Below are positions 1 through 15,000 of a DNA stretch of 64,000 nucleotides, piece after piece. Source of the DNA: the human T2T-CHM13v2.0 reference genome, Homo sapiens. The stretch is from assembly GCF_009914755.1 (NCBI RefSeq), contig NC_060934.1. One strand, written 5' to 3'. The notes under the pieces are model-generated. The model worked only from the letters and a program-made list of their open reading frames with translations, did no database searches and was not told the DNA's origin. The number at the start of each line of letters is the position of its first letter. Within the stretch, counting starts at the first letter, position 1. Both the position numbers and the translations under genes were made by a program.

Positions 1-1799
1 ATGGAATAAGATGGAATCATCATGAAATGGAATCGAATAGAATTATGGAATGGAATCCAATGTGACCATCATCGAATGGACTCGAACGGAATCATCATCC
101 AATGGAAACTAATGGAATCAACGTCGAATGGAATCGAATGGAAACACCATCGAATTGAAACGAATGGAATTATCATGAAATTGAAATGGATGGACTCATC
201 ATAGAATGGATTCGAATGGAATCATCGAATGAAATTGATTGAAATCATCATCAAATGGAATCGAATGGAATCATTGAATGGAATCGAATGGAATCATCAT
301 CAGATGGAATTGAATGGAATCATCATAGAATGGAATCGAATGGATTCATTGAATGGAATCAGATGGAATCATCGAATGGACTTGAATGTAATCATTGAAT
401 GGACTCGAATGGAATCATTATCAAATGGAATCGAATGGAATCACCGAATAGAATCGAATGGAACAATCATCGAATGGACTCAAATGGAATTATCCTGAAA
501 TGGAATCTAATGGAATTATCGAATGCAATCGAATGGAATTATCGAATGCAATCGAATAGAATCATCCAATGGACTCGACTGGAATCATGGAATGGAATGG
601 AATGGAATAGTCAATGAACTCGAATGGAATCATCATTGAATGGAATCGAATGGAATCATCGATTGGAATCGAATGGGATTATGTTCAAATGGAATCGAAT
701 GTAATCATCATCAAATGGAATCAAAAATATCCATCATCAATTGGTATTGAATGGAATTGTCATCAAATGGAATTCAAAGGAATCATCATCAAATGGAACC
801 GAATGGAATCCTCATTGAATGGAAATGAAAGGAGTCATCATCTAATGGAATCGCATGGAATCATCATCACATGGAATCGAATGGAATCATCATCGAATGG
901 AATCTAATGGAATCATGGAACGGAATTGAATGGAATCGTCATCGAATGAATTGAATGCAATCATCAAATGGTCTCGAGTGGAATCATATTCAAATGCAAA
1001 GGAATGGAATCATCTCATAGAATCAAATGGAATTGCCATTGAATGGACTCGAATGGAAACATAATCAAACGGAATCAAACGGAATTATCGAATGGAATCG
1101 AAGAGAATCATCAAATGGCCACGAATGGAATTATCTAATGTAATGCAATGGAATAATCCACGGACCCGAATGTAATCATCATCGAATAGAAACGAATGGA
1201 ATCATCGAATGGACTCGAATGGAATAATCATTGAATAGAATCGAATGGAATAATCGTCGAATGGAAACGAATGGAATCATCATCGATTGGTAATTAAAGG
1301 AGTCATCATCTAATGGAATCGCATAGAATCATCATCAAATGGAATAGAATGGTATCATCATCGAATGGAATCTAATGGAATCATTGAACGGAATTGAATG
1401 GTATCGTCATCGAAAGAATTGAATGCAATCATCGAATGGTCTCGAATGGAATCATCTTCAAATGGAATGGAATGGAATCATCGCATAGAATCGAATGGAA
1501 TTATCATTGAATGGACTCAAACGGAATCAATATCAAACGGAATCAAACGGAATTATCGAATGGAATCGAAGAGAATCATCGAATGGACTCGAATGGAATC
1601 ATCTAATGAAATAGAATGGAATAATCCATGGACACGCATGCAATCACCATGAAATGGAATCGAATGGAATCGTCGAATGGAATCAAATGGAATAAACATT
1701 GAACGGAATAGAATGGAATCATCACCGGATGGAAACGAATGGAATAATCATCGAATGGAATCATCAAATGGAATCAGATGGAATCATCATCAAATGGAA

Positions 1800-4700
1800 T
1801 CGAATAGAATTATGGAATGAAATCCAATGTGATCATCATCGAATGGACTCGAACGGAATCATCATCCAATGGAAACTAATGGAATCATCATCGAATGGAA
1901 TCGAATGGAAACGCCATCGAATTGAAACGAATGGAATTATCATGAAATTGAAATGGATGGACTCATCATCGAATGGATTCGAATGGAATCACCGAATGAA
2001 ATTGATAGAAATCATCATCAAATGGAATCGAATGGAATCATTGAATGGAATCGAATGGAATCATCATCAGATGGAAATGAATGGAATCATCACTGAATGG
2101 AATCGAATGGATTCATTGAATGGAATCTGATGGAATCATCGAATGGACTTGAATGGAATCATTGAATGGACTCGAATGGAATCTTTATTGAATGGAATTG
2201 AATGGAATCATCGAATGGTCTCGAATGGAATCATTATCAAATGTAATCGAATGGAATCACCGAATAGAATCGAATGGAACAATCATCGAATGGACTCAAA
2301 TGGAATTATCCTCAAATGGAATCGAATGGATTTATCGAATGCAATCGAATGGAATTATCGAAAGCGATCGAATAGAATCATCGAACGGACTCGAATGGAA
2401 TCATCGAATGGAATGGAATGAAAGAGTCAATGAACTCGAATGGAATCATCATTGAATGGTATCGAATGGAATCATCGAGTGGAATCGAATGGAATCATGA
2501 TCAAATGGAATCGAATATAATCATCATCAAATGGAATCCAAAATCACCATCATCAATTGGTACTGAATGGAATTGTCATCAAATGGAATTCAAAGGAATC
2601 ATCATCAAATGGAACCGAATGGAATCCTCATTGAACGGAAATGAAAGGAGTCATCATCTAATGGAATCGCATGGAATCATCATCAAATGGAATCGAATGG
2701 AATCATCATCAAATGGAATCGAATGGAATCATTGAACGGAATTGAATGGAATCGTCATCGAATGAATTGAATGCAATCATCGAATGGTCTCGAATGGAAT
2801 CATCTTCAAATGGAAAGGAATGGAATCATCGCATAGAATCGAATGGAATTATCATCGAATGGACTCGAATGGAATCAACATCAAACGGAATCAAACGGAA
2901 TTATCGAATGGAATCGAAGAGAATCATCGAATGGACTCGAATGGAATCATCTAATGGAATGGAATGGAATAATCCATGGACCCGAATGCAATCATCATCG
3001 AATAGAATCGAATGCAATCATCGAATGGACTCGAATGGAATAATCATTGAACGCAATCGAATGGAATCATCGAGTGGAATCGAATGGAATCATCGAATGG
3101 ACTCGAATGGAATAATCATTGAACGCAATCGAATGGAATCATCGAGTGGAATCGAATGGAATCATGATCAAATGGAATCGAATGTAATCATCATCAAATG
3201 GAATCCAAAATCACCATCATCAATTGGTACTGAATAGAATTGTCATCAAATGGAATTCAAAAGAATCATCATCAAATGGAACCGAATGGAATCCTCATTG
3301 AATGGAAATGAAAGGAGTCATCATCTAATGGAATCGCATGGAATCATCATCAAATGGAATCGAATGGAATCATCATCAAATGGAATCGATTGGAATCATT
3401 GAACGGAATTGAATCGGATCGTCATCGAATGAAATGAATGCAATCATCGAATGGTCTCGAATGGAATCATCTTCAAATGGAAAGGAATGGAATCATCGCA
3501 TAGAATCGAATGGAATTATCATCGAATGGACTCGTATGGAATCAACATCAAACGGAAACAAACGGAATTATCGAATGGAATCGAAGAGAATCATCGAATG
3601 GACTCGAATGGAATCATCTAATGGAATGGAATGGAATAATCCATGGACCCGAATGCAATCATCATCGAATAGAATCGAATGCAATCATTGAATGGACTCG
3701 AATGGAATAATCATTGAACGAAATCGAATGGAATCATCGTCGAATGGAAACGAATGGAATCATCATCGAATGGAAATGAAAGGAGTCATCATCTAATGGA
3801 ATCGCATGGAATCATCATCAAATGGAATCCAATGGAATCATCATCGAAGGGAATCTAATGGAATCATTGAACGGAATTGCATGGAATCGTCATTGAATGA
3901 ATTGAATGCAATCATCGAATGGTGTCGAATGGAATCATCTTCAAATGGAATGGAATGGAATCATCGCATAGAATCGAATGGAATTATCATCGAATGGACT
4001 CAAATGGAATCAACATCAAACGGAATCAAACGGAATTATCGAATGGAATCAAAGACAATCATCGAATGGACTCGAATGGAATCATCTAATGAAATAAAAT
4101 GGAATAATCCATGGACTCGAATGCAATCATCATCAAATGGAATCGAATGGAATCGTCGAATGGACTCGAGAGGAATAAACATTCAACAGAATCGAATGGA
4201 ATCGTCACCGGATGGAAACGAAGGGAATCATCATCGAATGGAATCGAATGGAATCATCAAATGGAATCAGATGGAATCATCATCAAATGGAATCGAATAG
4301 AATTATGGAATGAAATCCAATGTGATCATCATCGAATGGACTCGAACGGAATCATCATCCTATGGAAACTAATGGAATCAACATCGAATGGAATCGAATG
4401 GAAACGCCATCCAGTTGAAACGAATGGAATTATCATGAAATTGAAATGGATGGACTCATCATGGAATGGATTCGAATGGAATCACCGAATGAAATTGATA
4501 GAAATCATCATCAAATGGAATCGAATGGAATCATTGAATGGAATCGAATGGAATCATCATCAGATGGAAATGAATGGAATCATCACTGAATGGAATCGAA
4601 TGGATTCATTGAATGGAATCTGATGGAATCATCGAATGGACTTGAATGGAATCATTGAATGGACTCGAATGGAAACTTTATTGAATGGAATTGAATGGAA

Positions 4701-7700
4701 TCATCGAATGGTCTCGCATGGAATCATTATCAAATGCAATCGAATGGAATCACCGAATAGAATCGAATGGAACAATCATCGAATGGACTCAAATGGAATT
4801 TTCCTCAAGTGGAATCGAATGGAATTATCGAATGCAATCGAATGGAATTATCGAATGCAATCGAATAGAATCATCGAACGGACTCGAATGGAATCATCGA
4901 ATGGAACGGAATGGAATAGTCAATGAACTCGAATGGAATCATCATTGAATGGAATCGAATGGAATCATCGAGAGGAATCGAATGGAATCATGATCAAATG
5001 AAATCGAATGTAATCATCATCAAATGGAATCAAAAATAACCATCATCAATTGGTATTGAATGGAATTGTCATCAAATTGAATTCAATGAATCATCATCAA
5101 ATGGAACCGAATGGAATCCTCATTGAATGGAAATGAAAGGAGACATCATCTAATGGAATGGCATGGAATCATCATCAAATGGAATCGAATGGAATCATCA
5201 TCAAATGGAATCTAATGGAATCAATGAACGGAATTGAATGGAATCGTCATCGAATGAATTGAATGCCATCATCGAATGGTCTCGAATGGAATCATCTTCA
5301 AATGGAAAGGAATGGAATCATCGCATAGAATCGAATGGAATTATCATCGAATGGACTCAAATGGAATCAACATCAAACGGAATCAAACGGAATTATCGAA
5401 TGGAATCGAAGAGAATCATCGAATGGCCACGAATGGAATCATCTAATGGAATGGAATGGAATAATCCATGGACCCGAATGCAATCATCATCGAATAGAAT
5501 CGAATGGAATCATCGAATGGTCTCGAATGGAATCATCATTGGATGGAATCGAATGGAATCATCGAGTGGAATCGAATGGAATCATGATCAAATGGAATCG
5601 AATGTAATCATCATCAAATGGAATCCAAAATCACCATCATCAATTGGTACTGAATGGAATTGTCATCAAATGGAATTCAAAGGAATCATCATCAAATGGA
5701 ACCGAATGGAATCCTCATTGAATGGAAATGAAAGGAGTCATCATCTAATGGAATCGCATGGAATCATCATCAAATGGAATCGAATGGAATCATCATCAAA
5801 TGGAATCGATTGGAATCATTGAACGGAATTGAATGGAATCATCATCGAATGAATTGAATGCAATCATCGAATGGTCTCGAATGGAATCATCTTCAAATGG
5901 AAAGGAATGGAATCATCGTATAGAATCGAATGGAATTATCATCGAATGGACTCGAATGGAATCAACATCAAACGGAATCAAACGGAACTATCGAATGGAA
6001 TCGAAGAGAATCATCGAATGGACTCGAATGGAATCATCTAATGGAATGGAATGGAATAATCCATGGACCCGAATGCAATCATCATCGAATAGAATCGAAT
6101 GGAATCATCGAAAGGACCCGAATGCAATAATCATTGAAAGGAATCGAATGGAATCATCGTCGAATGGAAACGAATGGAATCATCATCGAATGGAAATGAA
6201 AGGAGTCATCATCTAATGGAATCGCATGGAATCATCATCAAATGGAATCCAATGGAATCATCATCGAGTGGAATCTAATGGAATCATTGAACGGAATTTC
6301 ATGGAATCATCATCGAATGAATTGAATGCAATCATCGAATGGTGTCGAATGGAATCATCTTCAAATGGAATGGAATGGAATCATCGCATAGAATCGAATG
6401 GAATTATCATCGAATGGACTCAAATGGAATCAACATCAAACGGAATCAAACGGAATTATCGAATGGAATCGAAGACAATCATCGAATGGACTCGAATGGA
6501 ATCATCTAATGAAATAGAGTGGAATAATCCATGGACTCGAATGCAATCATCATCAAATGGAATCGAATGGAATCGTAGAATGGACTCGAGTGGAATAAAC
6601 ATTCAACGGAATCGAATGGAATCGTCACCGGATGGAAACGAATGGAATCATCATCGAATGGAATCGAATGGAATCATCAAATGGAATCAGATGGAATCAT
6701 CATCAAATGGAATCGAATAGAATTATGGAATGAAATCCAATGTGATCATCATCGAATGGACTCGAACGGAATCATCATCCAATGGAAACTAATGGAATCA
6801 ACATCGAATGGAATCGAATGGAAACGCCATCCAATTGAAACGAATGGAATTATCATGAAATTGAAATGGATGGACTCATCATGGAATGGATTCGAATGGA
6901 ATCACCGAATGAAATTGGGAGAAATCATCATCGAATGGAATCGAATGGAATCATTGAATGGAATCGAATGGAATCATCATCAGATGGAAATGAATGGAAT
7001 CATCACTGAATGGAATCGAATGGATTCATTGAATGGAATCTGATGGAATCATCGAATGGACTTGAATGGAATCATTGAATGGACTCGAATGGAAACTTTA
7101 TTGAATGGAATTGAATGGAATCATCGAATGGTCTCGCATGGAATCATTATCAAATGTAATCGAATGGAATCACCGAATAGAATCGAATGGAACAATCATC
7201 GAATGGACTCAAATGGAATTATCCTCAAGTGGAATCGAATGGAATTATCGAATGCAATCGAATGGAATTATCGAATGCAATCGAATAGAATCATCGAACG
7301 CACTCGAATGGAATCATCGAATGGAATGGAATGGAACAGTCAATGAACTCGAATGGAATCATCATTGAATGCAATCGAATGGAATCATCGAGTGGAATCG
7401 AATGGAATCATGATCAAATGAAATCGAATGTAATCATCATCAAATGGAATCAAAAATAACCATCATCAATTGGTATTGAATGGAATTGTCATCAAATTGA
7501 ATTCAATGAATCATCATCAAATGGAACCGAATGGAATCCTCATTGAATGGAAATGAAAGGAGATATCCTCTAATGGAATGGCATGGAATCATCATCAAAT
7601 GGAATCGAATGGAATCATCATCAAATGGAATCGAATGGAATCAATGAACGGAATTGAATCGAATCGTCATCGAATGAATTGAATGCAATCATCGAATGGT

Positions 7701-10000
7701 CTCGAATGGAATCATCTTCAAATGGAAAGGAATGGAATCATCGCATAGAATCGAATGGAATTATCATCGAATGGACTCGAATGGAATCATCATCAAACGG
7801 AATCAAACGGAATTATCGAATGGAATCGAAGAGAATCATCGAATGGCCACGAATGGAATCATCTAATGGAATGGAATGGAATAATCCATGGACCCGAATG
7901 CAATCATCATCGAATAGAATCGAATGGAATCATCGAATGGACTCGAATGGAATAATCATTGAACGCAATCGAATGGAATCATCGAGTGGAATCGAATGGA
8001 ATCATGATCAAATGGAATCGAATGTAATCATCATCAAATGGAATCCAAAATCACCATCATCAATTGGTACTGAATGGAATGGTCATCAAATGTAATTCAA
8101 AGGAATCATCATCAAATGGAACTGAATGGAATACTCATTGAATGGAAATGAAAGGAGTCATCATCTAATGGAATCGCATGGAATCATCATCAAATGGAAT
8201 CGAATGGAATCATCATCAAATGGAATCGAATGGAATCATTGAACGGAATTGAATGGAATCGTCATCGAATGAATTGAATGCAATCATCGAATGGTGTCGA
8301 ATGGAATCATCTTCAAATGGAATGGAATGGAATCATCGCATAGAATCGAGTGGAATTATCATCGAATGGACTGAAATGGAATCAACATCAAACGGAATCA
8401 AACGGAATTATCGAATGGAATCGAAGACAATCATCGAATGGACTCGAATGGAATCATCTAATGAAATAGAATGGAATAATCCATGGACTCGAATGCAATC
8501 ATCATCAAATGGAATCGAATGGAATCGTCGAATGGACTCGAGAGGAATAAACATTCAACGGAATCGAATGGAATCGTCACCGGATGGAAACGAATGGAAT
8601 CATCATCGAATGGAATCGAATGGAATCATCAAATGGAATCAGATGGAATCATCATCAAATGGAATCGAATAGAATTATGGAATGAAATCCAATGTGATCA
8701 TCATCGAATGGACTCGAACGGAATCATCATCCAATGGAAACTAATGGAATCAGCATCGAATGGAATCGAATGGAAACGCCATCCAATTGAAACGAATGGA
8801 ATTATCATGAAATTGAAATGGATGGACTCATCATCGAATGGATTCGAATGGAATCACCGAATGAAATTGATAGAAATCATCATCAAATGGAATCGAATGG
8901 AATCATTGAATGGAATCGAATGGAATCATCATCAGATGGAAATGAATGGAATCATCACTGAATGGAATCGAATGGATTCATTGAATGGAATCTGATGGAA
9001 TCATCGAATGGACTTGAATGGAATCATTGAATGGACTCGAATGGAAACTTTATTGAATGGAATTGAATGGAATCATCGAATGGTCTCGCATGGAATCATT
9101 ATCAAATGTAATCGAATGGAATCACCGAATAGAATCGAATGGAACAGTCATCGAATGGACTCAAATGGAATTATCCTCAAGTGGAATCGAATGGAATTAT
9201 CGAATGCAATCGAATGGAATTATCGAATGCAATCGAATAGAATCATCGAACGGACTCGAATGGAATCATCGAATGGAATGGAATGGAATAGTCAATGAAC
9301 TCGAATGGAATCATCATTGAATGGAATCGAATGGAATCATGAAGTGGAATCGAATGGAATCATGATCAAATGAAATCGAATGTAATCATCATCAAATGGA
9401 ATCAAAAATAACCATCATCAATTCGTACTGAATGGAATTGTCATCAAATTGAATTCAATGAATCATCATCAAATGGAACCGAATGGAATCCTCATTGAAT
9501 GGAAATGAAAGGAGACATCATCTAATGGAATGGCATGGAATCATCATCAAATGGAATCGAATGGAATCATCATCAAATGGAATCGAATGGAATCAATGAA
9601 CGGAATTGAATCGAATCGTCATCGAATGAATTGAATGCAATCATCGAATGGTCTCGAATGTAACCATCTTCAAATGGAATGGAATGGAATCATCGCATAG
9701 AATCGAATGGAATTATCATCGAATGGACACGAATGGAATCAACATCAAATGGAATCAAACGGAATTATCGAATGGAATCGAAGACAATCATCGAATGGAC
9801 TCGAATGGAATCATCTAATGAAATAGAATGGAATAATCCATGGACTCGAATGCAATCATCATCAAATGGAATCGAATGGAATCGTCGAATGGACTCGAGT
9901 GGAATAAACATTCAATGGAATCGAATGGAATCGTCACCGGATGGAAACGAATGGAATCATCATCGAATGGAATCGAATGGAATCATCAAATGGAATCAGA
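1800..10000 (+). repeat. Haplotype-X domain 1 of the HSat2 array
   Basis: Carries X markers: AATCCAAAATCACC..GGTACTG, CATTCAAC..CGTCACCGG, GGAAACGCCATC, GGAATCTGATGG, (ATC/AAC)TTTATTG, GAACGCAATC. Boundaries approximate. Confidence 0.7.
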
Positions 10001-13000
10001 TGAAATCATCATCAAATGGAATCGAATAGAATTATGGAATGAAATCCAATGTGATCATCATCGAATGGACGCGAACGGAATCATCATCCAATGGAAACTA
10101 ATGGAATCAACATCGAATGGAATCGAATGGAAACACCATCGAATTGAAACGAATGGAATTATCATGAAATTGAAATGGATGGACTCATCATCGAATGGAT
10201 TCCAATGGAATCATCGAATGAAATTGATAGAAATCCTCATCAAATGGAATCGGTTGGAATCATTGAATGAAATCGAATGGAATAATCATCAGATGGAAAT
10301 GAATGGAATCATCACAGAATGGAATTGAATGGATTCATTGAATTGAATCAGATGGAATCATCGAATGGACTTGAATGGAATCATTGAATGGACTCGAATG
10401 GAATCATTTTTGCATGGAATTGAATGGAATCATCGAATGGTCTCGAATGGAATCATTATCAAATGGAATCGAATGGAATCACCGAATAGAATCGAATGGA
10501 ACAATCATCGAATGTACTCAAATGGAATTATCCTCAAATGGAACCGAATGGAATTATCGAATGCAATCGAATGGAATTATCGAATGCAATCGAATAGAAT
10601 TATCGAATGGACTCGAATGGAACCATCGAATGGAAGGGAATGGAATAGTCAATGAACTCGAATGGAATCATCATTGAATGGAATCGAATAGAATCATCGA
10701 GTGGAATCGAATGTATTCATGATCAAATGGAATCGAATGGAATCATGATTGAATGGAATCGAATGGAATCATCGAGTGGAATCGAATGGAATCATGATCA
10801 AATGGAATCGAATGTAATCATCCTCAAATGGAATCAAAAATAACCATCATCAAATGGTATTGAATGGAATTGTCCTCAAATGGAATTCAAAGGAATCATC
10901 ATCAAATGGAACCGAATGGAATCCTCATTGAATGGAAATGAAAGGAGTCATCATCTAATGGAATGGCATGGAATCATCATCAAATGGAAACGAATGGAAT
11001 CATCATCAAATGGAATCTAATGGAATCCTTGAACGGAATTGAATGGAATCGTCATCGAATGAATTGAATGCAATCATCGAATGGTCTCGAATGGAATCAT
11101 CTTCAAATGGAAAGGAATGGAATCATCGCATAGAATCGAATGGAATTGTCATTGAATGGACTCGAATGGAATCAACATCAAACGGAATCAAATGGAATTA
11201 TCGAATGGAATCGAAGAGAATCATCGAATTGTCACGAATGGAATCATCTAATGGAATGGAATGGAATAATCCATGGCCCCTATGCAATCATCATCGAATA
11301 GAATCGAATGGAATCATCGAATGGACTCGAAAGCAATAATCATTGAAAGGAATCGAATGGAATCATCGTCGAATGGAAACGAATGGAATCATCATTGAAT
11401 GGAAATGAAAGGAGTCATCATCTAATGGAATCGCATGGAATCATCATCAAATGGAATCGAATGGAATCATCATCGAATGGAATCTAATGGAATCATTGAA
11501 CGGAATTGAATGGAATCGCCATCGAATGTATTGAATGCAATCATCGAATGGTCTCGAATGGAATCATCTTCAAATGGAATGGAATGGAATCATCACATAG
11601 AATCGAATTGAATTATCATCGAATGGACTCGAATGTAATCATCTATTGAAATACAATGGAATAATCCATGGACTCGAATGCAATCATCATCAAATGGAAT
11701 CGAATGGAATCGTCGAATGGACTCGAATGGAATAAACATTGAACGGAATCGAAAGGAATCATCACCGAATGGAAACGAATGGAATCATCATCGAATGGAA
11801 TCGAATGGAATAATCAAATGGAATCAGATGGAATCATCATCAAATGGAATCTAATGATATCATCATCCAATGGAAACAAGTAGAATCAATATCTAATGGA
11901 CTCAAAAGGAATTATCCTCAAATGGATTCGAATGGAATTTTCGAATGCAATCGAATGGAATTATCGAATGCAATCGAATAGAATCATCGCATGGACTCGA
12001 ATGGAATCATCGAATGGAATGGAATGGAATACTCAATGAACTCGAATGGAATCATCGTTGAATGGAATCGAATGGAATCACGATGAAATGGAATGAAATG
12101 TAATCACGATCAAATGGAATCGAATGTAATCATCATCAAATGGAATCAAAAATAACCATCATCAATTGGTATTGCATGGAATTGTCATCAAATGGAATTC
12201 AAAGGAATCATCATCAAATGGAATCGAATGGAATCATCATCAAATGGAATCTAATGGTATCATTGAAAGGAATTGAATGGAATCGGAATTGAATGAATTG
12301 AATGCAATCATCGAATGGTCTCTAATGGAATCATCTTCAAATGGAAAGGAATGGAATCATCGCATAGAATCGAATGGAATTATCATTGAATGGACTAAAA
12401 TGGAATCAACATCAAACGGAATCACACGGAATTATCGAATGGAATTGAAGAGAATCATCGAATGGCCACGAATGGAATCATCTAATGGAATGGAATGGAA
12501 TAATCCATGGACCCGAATGCAATCATCATCGAATAGAATCGAATGGAATCATCGAATGGACTCGAATGGAATAATCATTGAACGGAATCGAATGGAATCA
12601 TCGTCGAATGGAAACGAATGGAATCATCATCGAAAGGCAATGAAAGGAGTCATCATCTAATGGAATCGCATGGAGTCATCATCAAATGGAATCGAATGGA
12701 ATCATCATCGAATGGAATCTAATGGAATCATTGAACGGAATTGAATGGAATCGTCATCGAATGAATTGAATGCAATCATCGAATGGTCTCGAATGGAATC
12801 ATCTTCAAATGGAATGGAATGGAATCATCGCATAGAATCGAATGGAATTATCATCGAATGGACTCAAATGGAACCAACATCAATCGGAATCAAACGGAAT
12901 TATCGAATGGAATGGAAGAGAATCATCGAATGGACTCGAATGGAATCATCTAATGAAATAGAATGGAATAATCCATGGACTCGAATGCAATCATCCTCAA

Positions 13001-15000
13001 ATGGAATGGAATGGAATCGTCGAATGGACTCGAATTCAATAAACATTGAACGGAATCGAATGCAATCATCATCGGATGGAAACGAATGGAATCATCATCG
13101 AATGTAATCGAACGGAATCCTCAAATGGAATCAGATGGAATCATCATCAAATGGAATCATATAGAATTATGTAATGAAATCGAATGTGATCATCATTGAA
13201 TGGACTCGAATGGAATCATCATCCAATGGAAACTAATGGAATCAACATCGAATGGAATCGAATGGAAACACCATCGAATTGCAACGAATGGATTATCATG
13301 AAATTGAAATGGATGGACTCATCATCGAATGGATTCGAATGGAATCATCGAATGAAATTGATTGAAATCATCATCAAATGGAATCGAAAGGAATCATTGA
13401 ATGGAATCGAATGGAATCATCATCAGATGGAAATGAATGGAATCATCTTAGAATGGAATCGAATGGATTCATTGAATGGAATCAGATGGACTCATCGAAT
13501 GGACTTGAATGGAATCATTGAATGGACTCGAATTTAATCATTATTGAATGGAATTGAATGGAATCATCGAATGGTCCCGAATGGAATCATTATCAAATGG
13601 AATCGAATGGAATCACCGAATAGAATCGAATGGAATAATCATCGAATGGACTCAAATGGAATTATCCGCAAATGGAATCGAATGGAATTTTCGAATGCAA
13701 TCGAATGGAATTATCGAATGCAATCGAATATAATCATCGAATGGACTCGAAAGGAATCACCGAATGGAATGGAATGGAGTAGTCAATGAACTCGAATGGA
13801 ATCATCATTGAATGGAATCGAATGGAATCATCGAGTGGAATCGAATGGAATCACAATCAAATGGAATCGAATGGAATCACGATCAAATGGAATCGAATGT
13901 AATCATCATCAAATGGAATTAAAAATAACCATCATCAATTGGTATTGAATGGAATTGTCATCAAATGGAATTCAAAGGAATCATCATCAAATGGAACCGA
14001 ATGGAATCATCATCAAATGGATTCTAACGGTATCATTGAACGCAATTGAATGGAATCGGCATTGAGTGAATTGAATGCAATCATCGAATGGTCTCGAATG
14101 GAATCATCTTCAAATGGAAAGGAATGGAATCATCGCATAGAATCGAATGGAATTATCATTGAATGGACTAAAATGGAATCAACATCAAACGGAATCAAAC
14201 GGAATTATCGAATGGAATCGAAGAGAATCATCGAATGGCCACGAATGGAATCACCTAATGGAATGGAATGGAATAATCCATTACACGAATGCAATCATCA
14301 TCGAATAGAATCGAATGGAATCATCGAATGGACACGAATGGAATAATAATTGAACGGAATCGAATGGAATCATCGTCGAATGGAAACGAATGGAATCATC
14401 ATCGAATGGAAATGAAAGGAGTCATCATCTAATGGAATCGCATGGAATCATCATCAAATGGAATCGAATGGAATCATCATCGAATGGAATCTAATGGAAT
14501 CATTGAACGGAATTGAATGGAATCATCATCGAATGAATTGAATGCAATCATCGAATGGTCTCGAATGAAATCATCTTCAAATGGAATGGAATGGAAACAT
14601 CGCATAGAATCGAATGGAATTATCATCGAATGGACTCAAATGGAATCAACATCAATCGGAATCAAACGGAATTATCGAATGGAATCGAAGAGAATCATCG
14701 AATGGACTCGAATGGAATCATCTAATGAAATAGAATGGAATAATCCATGGACTCGAATGCAATCATCATCAAATGGAATCGAATGGAATCATCGAATGGA
14801 CTCGAATGCAATAAACATTGAACGGAATCGAATGGAATAATCATCGGAGGTAAACGAATGGAATTATCATCGAAAGGAATCGAATGGAATCATCAAATTG
14901 AATCAGATGGAATCATCATCAAGTGGAATCAAAAATAACCATCATCAATTGGTATTGAGTGGAATTGTCATCAAATGGAATTCAAAGGAATCATCATCAA
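10000..15000 (+). repeat. Haplotype-Y domain 1
   Basis: Carries Y markers: AAACACCATC, GGAATCAGATGG in place of GGAATCTGATGG, TCACGATC, GGACTAAAATGG, CGGCATTG, GGTATCATTG, AATACTCAATG. X markers are absent. Confidence 0.7.

Noticed and set aside
231-250. Short palindromes (TGATTGAAATCA-like, GAATTC, CCATGG, TGATCA) as hairpins or terminators
   Set aside because: Too short, and simply part of the repeated modules. There are no extended inverted repeats.
11930-11950. GAATTTTC in Y-type units as a heat-shock element
   Set aside because: Only two inverted nGAAn units, with no third in correct register, so it is not a canonical HSE.
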